Of a stretch of 64,000 bases of DNA, positions 31,764-40,605 are shown one piece after another. Positions within the stretch are counted from its first letter, which is position 1, and each line of letters starts with the position of its first letter. Source of the DNA: an uncultured cyanobacterium. GTDB lineage: Bacteria > Cyanobacteriota > Cyanobacteriia > Cyanobacteriales > Cyanobacteriaceae. The stretch spans positions 768,001-832,000 of the forward strand of contig CAVVOP010000008.1 of assembly GCA_963749915.1 (NCBI GenBank), given 5' to 3'. The notes under the pieces were generated by a model that made no database searches, was not told the DNA's origin, and was given only the letters and a program-made list of their open reading frames with translations. The position numbers and the translations under genes were made by a program.

Positions 31764-33314
31764 CTACTTTTTCAAGGCGATCGCCCTATTGATATAATGG
31801 GCTAGAGTAATGCCGTCGACACCCATTTCTGTGTGTTTTTGTGCCGCTAAAATTCCCCCTTGTTGGTGTAACCATGCCGCCGTAGCGACCACTTCATCAA
31901 CGGAATGTTGGGTTAAATCTGTTTGTGCCACTAAACCGCCGATAAATCCGCTTAACACATCACCGCTTCCTCCCCTTGCTAATGCCGCTGTGCCTTCATT
32001 GATAATCCAATTTTTCTCCCCTTGATGACTAATCATTGTTTTTGCCCCTTTTAGTAAAATTGTACTATTGGTTCTGCGAGCGGCTTGCTGTAATGTTCTG
32101 AAACGATCTGTTGTTAAATCTAAATCGGGAAATAAACGTTTAAATTCGCCTTCATGGGGAGTTAAAATTGTGGGGGATTTACGCTGGGATAAAATATCCC
32201 AAAATTTCTTTTCTAATAAGTAATTAAAGCCATCAGCATCAAGAATTAACCTTGTTTCTGTGTTTAATATTTTCTCGAAAAAGTCTGTCGTTAAAGATAG
32301 ATTTTTTTGAGAAATACCCATGCCAAAAACAATGGTGTCATACTTATTTAAAGACAACATATCCCCAGAAACGATGGCACCTGTACCCCTTTCGGGTAGG
32401 CCAATGACTAAAGCAAAGGGAAAATGGTTAAGAATAAGGCTTTTGAGAGATTCTGGCACCCCTAGGGTTAACATACCCACACCACTACTTTTTGCCCCAT
32501 ATCCTGCTAATAAAGCCGCTCCGGCATATTCTTGAGAACCACAAATTAAGAGTAAATTACCCTGTTTATATTTATAGGTATTGATAGCACGGGGTAAGGG
32601 TAAAGTAGCCTTTACTTTGTGTGCTGTCATCAGTTTTACCGTAGGAGATTTATTAATTGTTTCTATAACTAAATCATGGGGAATACCTAGATCAATTCTT
32701 TCTATTTTACCGCTATATTCCCAGGCTGGGGGTTGGAATAAGCCTAATTTCCACAACCCTAAACAGAGAGTGTGAGTGGCTTTTATTGCTATTCCTAAAA
32801 CTGCCCCCGTATCGGTATGTATTCCCGAAGGCAAATCAATGCTAATTATCGGTTTTTTCCACTTATTAACAGAGAGAATATCATTGGCTAACGGATCATT
32901 AATATTGCGATTCAAACCAAAACCAAAGAGACAATCAATAATTAAATCACAATATTTTAAGTCGTTAATATCAGTAATAAAATCAATCCCTAAAAATTTA
33001 GCATATTGTAAATGTTGAGCCGTTAAAGTCTTAGATTTATCAGCTAAAGGAGTGTATAACTTAACTTGATAACCCTTTAAAAATAATTCCCTCCCAATGA
33101 CTAAACCATCACCACCATTATGACCACTTCCGATAATAAATCCGACTTTTTTATAGTTATTTAAAGGATAATCTTGATTGATTTTCTGAGTGCAAAATAT
33201 AGCTGCTTTTTCCATTAAACTGGCTACAGGCATCCCTTCAGCAAATATTTTTTGCTCTATTTTCTGCATTTGCTCAATCGTAACAATTATTTGTTTTAGA
33301 TCATCAGTATTCAT
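31764..33314 (-). CDS. nnr: Bifunctional NAD(P)HX epimerase/dehydratase
   Basis: LMEKAA, GSGHNGGDG, DCLFGFG, IDLPSG, LDADG, LTPHEGEF, ARGGSGDVLSG. Confidence 0.93.
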   Translation of the reverse strand: MNTDDLKQIIVTIEQMQKIEQKIFAEGMPVASLMEKAAIFCTQKINQDYPLNNYKKVGFIIGSGHNGGDGLVIGRELFLKGYQVKLYTPLADKSKTLTAQHLQYAKFLGIDFITDINDLKYCDLIIDCLFGFGLNRNINDPLANDILSVNKWKKPIISIDLPSGIHTDTGAVLGIAIKATHTLCLGLWKLGLFQPPAWEYSGKIERIDLGIPHDLVIETINKSPTVKLMTAHKVKATLPLPRAINTYKYKQGNLLLICGSQEYAGAALLAGYGAKSSGVGMLTLGVPESLKSLILNHFPFALVIGLPERGTGAIVSGDMLSLNKYDTIVFGMGISQKNLSLTTDFFEKILNTETRLILDADGFNYLLEKKFWDILSQRKSPTILTPHEGEFKRLFPDLDLTTDRFRTLQQAARRTNSTILLKGAKTMISHQGEKNWIINEGTAALARGGSGDVLSGFIGGLVAQTDLTQHSVDEVVATAAWLHQQGGILAAQKHTEMGVDGITLAHYINRAIALKK

Positions 33315-33597
33315 AACTTTATATATAAAGTATCTTCATCATATCACGGTCAAGAAAAGCGAGCTTTTGAAGAAAGCCTTTCCAAAACCCTTGGAACCCA
33401 CGTTCGGCATATTCTAAGAAATTACGAGGCTAAACATAAAAATAACATTGTTTAGGTATGTAAAGGTTTTAGGCTGCTCGTCACCCCTTCAGCAAAAAAA
33501 CTCTTATTATTTTCGAGGACTGAGAGCTATATCGCTTATTCAGTCAGCCTTATGACTGGTTTGTCGCCCCCACAGGTATCAGGGCTAAAAACTTCGA

Positions 33598-33635
33598 AAG
33601 CCTTGCTATCAAAGTACTTGTAGTCTGCAAGGCTT
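33598..33635 (-). terminator. Inverted repeat 3' of tRNA-Glu
   Basis: AAGCCTTGC-N20-GCAAGGCTT. Confidence 0.5.
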
Positions 33636-33669
33636 GTAAATTCTATTCTCGGAAATCAACATAAAAGCA

Positions 33670-33742
33670 TACCCCCAAGGGAATTCGAATCCCTGTCGCC
33701 TCCGTGAAAGGGAGGTGTCCTAGGCCTCTAGACGATGGGGGC
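33670..33742 (-). tRNA. trnE: tRNA-Glu(TTC)
   Basis: Reverse complement GCCCCCATCGTCTAGAGGCCTAGGACACCTCCCTTTCACGGAGGCGACAGGGATTCGAATTCCCTTGGGGGTA. Confidence 0.97.
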
Positions 33743-33916
33743 TTAGGTTTGTGATTTTTTAGAGATTTCATTTTCTCTGATTCGACGCACGTTTATTAAT
33801 ATAACCAATATTTTAATCAGTGTCAACTATTTTGCAGATTTTTCGATCACCTCAATTCTTAAAATCAATGAACAATTAATAATTTTTAAAAAGTAGCATT
33901 TTGAATTCCTTTTCTA

Positions 33917-36900
33917 TTATAGGGTTACGGGAGATTTTTGTTCTATTAAAGCTCTGATAGACTGTAAGAACTTTTGCTCAATATAGGGTTTGGTAAAATA
34001 GGCATTTGCTCCTAAATGGGTGGCTAGTTTTCGGTGTTTATCGTTACTGCGCGAGGTTAACATGGCCACGGGGATTTTATTCAATTCAGGATAGCGTCTT
34101 CTTTGCCCTAAAAATTCAAATCCGTTCATGTTAGGCATTTCAATATCACAAATTATTAAGCTCACATTAGAACTTTGTTGTAGTTGTTCGATCGCTTCTT
34201 TACCGTCTTTAGCTTGGAGGACCCGATACCCGGATTTTTCTAAGGAAAGAGCTAAGGTTCGCCTCATAGCCGCACTATCATCTACCACTAACACAGAAGC
34301 GGCTTGAAAAGCATTGACTGGTTTGTTATCAGTTTTATCAACATTTATGCCACTAAAACCTCTAGGTCTTAAGGTTGTTTTTGGTTGACTAGCTTCTAAG
34401 AAGTTAGCTAATAAAGTAACAGTGTTGATGACGGGAATTAATGTACCATCCCCTAAAATTGTACAACCATAGGTATAACTAGGGGCAGTCAAGGCACTGC
34501 CAAAGGGTTTAATTACTAATTCTTGCTCACTGACAAGATTATCTACTTCAATGGCGAATAATTCCTGCCCTAAACGCATTAATAGTAAGGGATTACCCCA
34601 TTCTTCGGGGGTAGGTAAAACTTCTAAGGCGAGACTAGTAACACGATTGTTTGATAAATAACAACGATATTTCAGTAAGTCGGTCATGGAATAAATCGGG
34701 ATAACCTTATTTTCGTAGTGCAAGAATCGCTTATTTGCTGATGTTTTTAATTGATGTTCTTCTGGTACAATAATTTCTTCGATATTATCCGAAGGTAAGG
34801 CATAAAAATGATTCTCGGCAGATAACACTAACAGTTTGTCGATGGTTAGGGTTAGGGGTAAACGTAGTATAAATGTTGTACCTAGTCCAGGTTCAGAATC
34901 TACTGATATTGTACCTTTTAGGGATCGTAATTGAGAACGGACAATGTCTAAACCGACACCGCGTCCAGAAATTTCGGTAACGGCGGCAGCAGTAGAAAAT
35001 CCGGGTTCAAAAATAAGATTAAATAAGTTCTCTTTAGTTGTCACCGCTAATTGTTCAGGGGTTAACAGTTGACGCTCAACAGCCTTTTGTCCTATTCTAT
35101 GGAGGTTTAAACCGCCGCCATCGTCTTTGATTTCGATAATAGTTTGATTCCCTTGGTGATAGGCTTTTACTTCAATAATCCCCGTTTCTGGTTTGCCTCG
35201 TTGCTTACGAATTTCTGGAGTTTCAATACCATGATCAAAACCGTTGCGGATCAAATGCACAAGGGGATCATATAATTTTTCTAAGGCAGCTTTATCTACC
35301 AATACATTTGTGCCACTTAACTTCAAGTTAACTTTTTTATGATATTTTACCGATAAATCCCGAAGAACACGGGGAAAACGGTTTAAAACTTCCCCTAAAG
35401 GCAGCATTCTTGCCCACATTAATTCATCTCGCAGACGGTTTAACATCTGACGCTGATTTTCGACAGTTTGCCCCGATTGCCCTGCGAATAAGGCTATATC
35501 GTCCACTGCCTCCTCCAATTGAATCATCTGCTCAATTAACCCTTGAACAACATAGTACATATTGTCATAACTATCCATTTCGAGGGAATCAAAAGCAGAG
35601 GCTAAGTTAAATTCCCCCTCTTCACCCATGGAGAAGGGTAAACTAGAGAACTGATTCTTTTTGCCATTACGAGTACGGAATTTATCGGGAGAAGCTACCA
35701 TTTTATCGGATAAGTCCCGTAAATTATTTGCCATTTGTTGAAAACGCATAAATCTTTCCAATAACTCTTTAACGGAAGTTTGTAGTTTATCGTTTTGCAG
35801 GGACAACCCGTTACGGTTAATGGATAACTCCCCGATTAAGTTATTCATTCTTTCGAGACGCTCTAAGTCAACCCTTACAGTTAAATTACTTTTCGTAGGT
35901 GCACTAGTAAGTTTTACTTCCGGTTGAGGTTTTTCTGATACTTTTTGACCCTTGTTCTTGAAGCTACCGCCGATTTCCTCTGAGGTTTTTAATCCTGGTA
36001 ATTTCGGGAAGACATCGCCAATAGATTTAATTACTTCATCGATATTCTCAAGGGCGTTTATTTGTTCTTCTTCTTCTAAGAAAGTTGTGACTGATGAGAT
36101 CTGATTTTGTACACTGAGTAAATCTCCCAAAGATGGTGCGACCTCCTCCATATCCCCATTTAATGGCAAGGATTCTAACTCAAACACTGATTCTAAAGAG
36201 GGGGTAGATTCTGTCCCTTCTTTTTCCTCTTGTTCTCCAACTTGATCAATTACCGGAATATCAACATTAGAAAAAATTTCACTCAGAGAAGGGGAAACAA
36301 TATTCTCTTGTTCTTCTCCCCTGGCATCGATCACTGAGGTATCCATATTGGAGAATATTTCACTTACAGAAGGAATAGTTTGGTTTTTATCCTCTTCTAA
36401 GGCCAACTCAGAGGCTTTGGCTAAAAGTTCGATTTCTTCTCCACTAAATTCAGAAGCAAAAATATCTTCAAGAGAGGGTATATTCTCATCTTCTTCGTCT
36501 TCCTGTATGGCTTGATGGATAGCCTCAATTTGATCATCATCATTAACGTTAAAGTTAAATACCTCTTCTAAGGAGGGATTATTCGTTTTTGTTTCTCCAT
36601 CCTCGGGAACCATGGTGAAAATTTCTTCAGTGGCGGATTGTAAGGCCCCAAATACATCCGTAAGAGATGGTCGATCCTCAAAATTGTTGTCTTCTCGTTC
36701 TTCTTGTTCTTCTTGTTCTGTGTCGAGTAGATAGTTTTCTTCCTCCTCGTCATCTTTGATGTAATTTTCGGCAAAACGTCTTAATTCTCGGCTAGATTGT
36801 CCTCCAGTTGTGCGCTCGCCTTTTAAGACCAAATCCCTTGCATTACCGGCATCTCGGATAATAATTTCAATGATTTTTGCGGCGTGAGTGGGATTTATGT

Positions 36901-39900
36901 CTATGGCAGTTAACCCTAATCTGGCAATTTCCGCAAAGCCGGGTAAGGCCAACATCTCCCCAAAACCCGAAAACACCTCTAAGGTAGCCCTTAATTCTCC
37001 TGCTAGGGGTTGAGAATGGGGATTTTTAAGGACATCTTTAAGGCGCTGTAATTCTTCTTGCACATCAACCTCAAATATTGATTGCACAATATCCACTCCT
37101 AAATCAAGAGAAGAGGGGATGTAGTCATCAACACGACTGAGGGCAGGTCCTAATTTACCATAAATTCTCGCCCAAATTTCATTGGCAGTAATTAATGCTT
37201 CTTCAGGGTTATAGCTTCCCGTTTCCATTTGTTGAGTTAAAGCGTTTCTTAAACAGTCAAAGGCTTCTAATAGCCAACCTTCGAGTTCTGTATCCAATTC
37301 TATGTCCGGATTGTATAATACTTTGAAAACATCTTCTAATTGGTGAGAAATTGTCTTAATTGCTTCTAGGCCTACACTAGCTGAACCACCTTTGAGAGAA
37401 TGGGCAGCTCTCATAATTTCGTGAATTTTTGCTGTGCTACGTTCTTGTCTGATGGTTAACAAACCATTTTCGATAATTTCTAGTAATTCTGGTGCTTCTT
37501 CCACAAAGAAACTATAAGATTGATCTGAAGTGTCTATAGATTCTTCTATATGCTCAATAACATAAGTGTGGGCAGGATTTTCCGTGATGGTTTCCCCTGC
37601 TAATGCCAATAACTCCTTACTGGGTTTACCCCCAGAATCTCCTTCACGAAGTGGTGTGCTGGGATCTGTTTCCATTACTTGTTGTTGGGCAATTTCTAAG
37701 TTATCGATGAAGGCTTGGGTGATAGCGGTAATTTGAGAAGGGTTGTTGTTCTTAAGGGCTTTAGCGGCGGTTTCACAAATGGCTACAAATCCGGGCAAAG
37801 CTAACATCTCTCCAAAACCTGAAAATACCTCAATTTGCATGGAAACTAAATCCTGCAATTCGGCTTCATTTCCTCGATTTAAGGCCGATTTTAAAGTATT
37901 AATCCCTTCTACCACGTCAACTTCAAAAATAGAGGTAGCAATATCAATACCTAAATCCCTGGAAGAAGGCAAAAATTCTTCAGATTTCGCAATTTCTTCG
38001 CCATATTTACCTTCAAATTCTGCCCAAAGTTCATTTGCCGATTCTAAGGCGAATTTTTCATCGAAACTTTGATCTTCCAGTCTCGCAATGAGGGGTTGAC
38101 GCAATAACTGGTAAATCTGACGAATATAAGCTTTTGTATCATCATCAAGAGGTATATTCTGGTTAAATAAAGCCTTTAAACTCTTTTCTACCTTTAAGGC
38201 AATGTTACCTAAATCCTCCAAACCTGCACTTCTGGCACCTCCTTTGAGGGAATGAGCTGCTCTTGCAATTTCGTTAACTTCGTTTATATCCCTGGTTGCT
38301 AAGGCGTTTTCTAAGCCGTCATCAATTATAGCGATCAAATCTACTGCTTCTTCGAGGAAAAAGAGATACACTTGAGCTTGTAATTCTTGTTGTTGATTTG
38401 AGGGACTCTCACTTTCTGCCTCAGTGTCCTCCTCTTCAAGGGTAAAGTTATCCATAAATGAGTCCAAATCCCCTGATTTAGCAAATTCTGAGGATATACT
38501 CCCTAAATCCCGCAAGTTTGGGGGATTTTCTCCTTGATTGGTCTCTGAATCGGAAGCTAGGGAGGCAAAATCCTTTAAATCTCCTTGATTCTCCCCAGAA
38601 TTAGGAGGTAAGGGGGCTGTATCAGGGGTTAGGGTCGAAAAACTGTCATATTGACCGATTAAATCCGCAAATTCAATGTTCTCTGCCCATTGTAGAGCAT
38701 TTTCCGAGGGGTTATTTCTTAAATCATGGGAGTTTTCTGAATCGTTAAATTGTTCTTCTAAGGGTGTTTCGCTATTAATTATTTCCTGATTTTTATATTC
38801 TTGTAATAATTCACCAAAGTCGAGGGTTGATTCCTGAAAATCGTCAACGCCCAATAATCCAGCTAATTCCTGAAGTTTACTTGAAGGTTGCCCCCCTTGA
38901 TCTCGCTGTCCTGATAATACTTGTTCTCTAGCTTCTATCAGATCGTCGATTAAATAGGTGGTAATTTGTTGAATGCGATGGGGATAATTTGTGATAGCTA
39001 AAGAAACTGTATCAGCAATGTTTTTTAACCCGACTAAATTTGTCATTTCGCTAAAACCGACTAATATTTCTAACTGTAAAGCCACATCGGTTTGTAATTC
39101 GATAATGGGCAAATTATTGAGACTTTCTTGAAGATGTTCAATAGTTTGTAAAACATCCACTTCAAATAAAGATTGCACTAAATCAATGCCTAAATCTGCC
39201 GAAGAGGGTAAATAATCATTTACTTGAATATGGCCTAATTTTTGCCCCAATTTGTCCCAGATAACTAATGCCTTTTCTTCCCATTCTGGTGGATAATTTC
39301 CGGTTTCTATTTGTTCAGAAAGGGCATTTTTTAAACAGTCCAATCCCTCTAATAAATAGGTTTCCAATTCATCATCAACGATGACACTATCATCAAATAA
39401 GGCTTTTAAATAGTCTTCTAATTTGTGGGCGATATTTTTAATACCTTCTAAGCCAACACTTGCCGCACCCCCTTTGAGAGAATGAGCAAATCGCATCATA
39501 TCATTAACTTTCGAGATACTTTTATCTTCTTTTACCGTCAGCAATCCACTTTCGAGATTGTGTAGTAAATCTGGTACTTCAGCAATAAAGAATTGATAAC
39601 TGGGATCTTCCACATTCAAGGTAGCAACATAATTTTTTGTTAATTGTTTAATGGCATTAACTTCAATTTCTGCACTGGTATCTTGTGCTAAAGTCAGTAA
39701 CGCTGAACAAGGACTACCGCCCTCTGTCTGTCCGTGAAGCGTGTCTCTGTTCTCGCCCTGTAAGACAGATTCTTGACTTTTTTCCAAATCTCGAACTAGC
39801 AAACTAGCGATGGTAACCGCCTTATCAGAATGATTTTGTAAGGCTTGTTGAGTGATATTGATCAGTAGGGAAAAACCAGGTAAGTTGACGAATTCGGCTA

Positions 39901-40474
39901 ACCCCGTAAGAATATCGAGGGACTCTTGTAATTCTTGGGAGGGGTTAAAACTTTCAGGAGAAGCCGCTAAACCTTTTAAACGAAGAATTTCTTGGGCAAT
40001 ATCTACTTCAAAAATCGAGGCTACCATGTCAACGTCTAAGTCTTCGGAAGAAGGGAAATAATTTTCTACTTGTTCAAGGGCATTACCTAATTTTAATTCC
40101 AATTTTTCCCACACCTCATCCGCACGATTTTGTGCCTGTTGACGATGGAAATTACCCGTTTCCAACTGTTGCCCTAGGGGAATAGCTAAACTATCATAAC
40201 CGGCCAAAAAGAGATCTTCCAACTCAGTATCAATAACTAAATCTTCGTTATAAAGTGCCTTGAGATAATCCTCTAACCGATGGGCAATATTTTTGATCTC
40301 CTGCAAACCAACACTAGCCGAATACACCTTAATGGACCGTACCGATCGTATCATGGCATTAACAGTGGAAGTACTTTTATGCTCCCTTAAATTCAGTAAG
40401 CCGTTTTCGATTTCTTGTAACAGTTCTGGTACTTCGTCAACAAATAACTGGTAGGCTTGATTTAGTGGATTCAT
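33917..40474 (-). CDS. CheA-like hybrid histidine kinase/response regulator (PixL/TaxAY-like): four Hpt, dimerization, HATPase, CheW, REC
   Basis: AHSLKGG three times plus one degenerate Hpt, VRVDLERLERMNNLIGEL, HLIRNGFDHGIE, SGRGVGLDIV, LVVDDS..CDIEMP..TKP. Confidence 0.93.
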   Translation of the reverse strand: MNPLNQAYQLFVDEVPELLQEIENGLLNLREHKSTSTVNAMIRSVRSIKVYSASVGLQEIKNIAHRLEDYLKALYNEDLVIDTELEDLFLAGYDSLAIPLGQQLETGNFHRQQAQNRADEVWEKLELKLGNALEQVENYFPSSEDLDVDMVASIFEVDIAQEILRLKGLAASPESFNPSQELQESLDILTGLAEFVNLPGFSLLINITQQALQNHSDKAVTIASLLVRDLEKSQESVLQGENRDTLHGQTEGGSPCSALLTLAQDTSAEIEVNAIKQLTKNYVATLNVEDPSYQFFIAEVPDLLHNLESGLLTVKEDKSISKVNDMMRFAHSLKGGAASVGLEGIKNIAHKLEDYLKALFDDSVIVDDELETYLLEGLDCLKNALSEQIETGNYPPEWEEKALVIWDKLGQKLGHIQVNDYLPSSADLGIDLVQSLFEVDVLQTIEHLQESLNNLPIIELQTDVALQLEILVGFSEMTNLVGLKNIADTVSLAITNYPHRIQQITTYLIDDLIEAREQVLSGQRDQGGQPSSKLQELAGLLGVDDFQESTLDFGELLQEYKNQEIINSETPLEEQFNDSENSHDLRNNPSENALQWAENIEFADLIGQYDSFSTLTPDTAPLPPNSGENQGDLKDFASLASDSETNQGENPPNLRDLGSISSEFAKSGDLDSFMDNFTLEEEDTEAESESPSNQQQELQAQVYLFFLEEAVDLIAIIDDGLENALATRDINEVNEIARAAHSLKGGARSAGLEDLGNIALKVEKSLKALFNQNIPLDDDTKAYIRQIYQLLRQPLIARLEDQSFDEKFALESANELWAEFEGKYGEEIAKSEEFLPSSRDLGIDIATSIFEVDVVEGINTLKSALNRGNEAELQDLVSMQIEVFSGFGEMLALPGFVAICETAAKALKNNNPSQITAITQAFIDNLEIAQQQVMETDPSTPLREGDSGGKPSKELLALAGETITENPAHTYVIEHIEESIDTSDQSYSFFVEEAPELLEIIENGLLTIRQERSTAKIHEIMRAAHSLKGGSASVGLEAIKTISHQLEDVFKVLYNPDIELDTELEGWLLEAFDCLRNALTQQMETGSYNPEEALITANEIWARIYGKLGPALSRVDDYIPSSLDLGVDIVQSIFEVDVQEELQRLKDVLKNPHSQPLAGELRATLEVFSGFGEMLALPGFAEIARLGLTAIDINPTHAAKIIEIIIRDAGNARDLVLKGERTTGGQSSRELRRFAENYIKDDEEEENYLLDTEQEEQEEREDNNFEDRPSLTDVFGALQSATEEIFTMVPEDGETKTNNPSLEEVFNFNVNDDDQIEAIHQAIQEDEEDENIPSLEDIFASEFSGEEIELLAKASELALEEDKNQTIPSVSEIFSNMDTSVIDARGEEQENIVSPSLSEIFSNVDIPVIDQVGEQEEKEGTESTPSLESVFELESLPLNGDMEEVAPSLGDLLSVQNQISSVTTFLEEEEQINALENIDEVIKSIGDVFPKLPGLKTSEEIGGSFKNKGQKVSEKPQPEVKLTSAPTKSNLTVRVDLERLERMNNLIGELSINRNGLSLQNDKLQTSVKELLERFMRFQQMANNLRDLSDKMVASPDKFRTRNGKKNQFSSLPFSMGEEGEFNLASAFDSLEMDSYDNMYYVVQGLIEQMIQLEEAVDDIALFAGQSGQTVENQRQMLNRLRDELMWARMLPLGEVLNRFPRVLRDLSVKYHKKVNLKLSGTNVLVDKAALEKLYDPLVHLIRNGFDHGIETPEIRKQRGKPETGIIEVKAYHQGNQTIIEIKDDGGGLNLHRIGQKAVERQLLTPEQLAVTTKENLFNLIFEPGFSTAAAVTEISGRGVGLDIVRSQLRSLKGTISVDSEPGLGTTFILRLPLTLTIDKLLVLSAENHFYALPSDNIEEIIVPEEHQLKTSANKRFLHYENKVIPIYSMTDLLKYRCYLSNNRVTSLALEVLPTPEEWGNPLLLMRLGQELFAIEVDNLVSEQELVIKPFGSALTAPSYTYGCTILGDGTLIPVINTVTLLANFLEASQPKTTLRPRGFSGINVDKTDNKPVNAFQAASVLVVDDSAAMRRTLALSLEKSGYRVLQAKDGKEAIEQLQQSSNVSLIICDIEMPNMNGFEFLGQRRRYPELNKIPVAMLTSRSNDKHRKLATHLGANAYFTKPYIEQKFLQSIRALIEQKSPVTL

Positions 40475-40512
40475 AGCAATTGATAGGATTTTTTGTCAAG
40501 GATTTTTTCTTG

Positions 40513-40549
40513 AGACTTCTTTCAGAAGTTAGGGAATAGGAAATAGGGG
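40513..40549 (+). repeat. Degenerate MITE end plus GGGAATA heptamers (second copy near 48813)
   Basis: AGACTTCTTTCAGAAGTTAGGGAATAGGAAATAGGGG versus AGTCTGCTTGCAGAAGTCAGGGAATGAGGAATAG at about 48813. Confidence 0.5.
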
Positions 40550-40605
40550 ATATGTTATGAAGTCGCCAAAGTTGTGGATTTAGGAACTTTTAAGTGTTCA
40601 TTGTT

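Noticed and set aside
33330..33660. Possible CRISPR leader, tracrRNA or CAST end beside tRNA-Glu
   Set aside because: No repeat-spacer array, cas or tns genes, or recognisable tracrRNA sequence was found.
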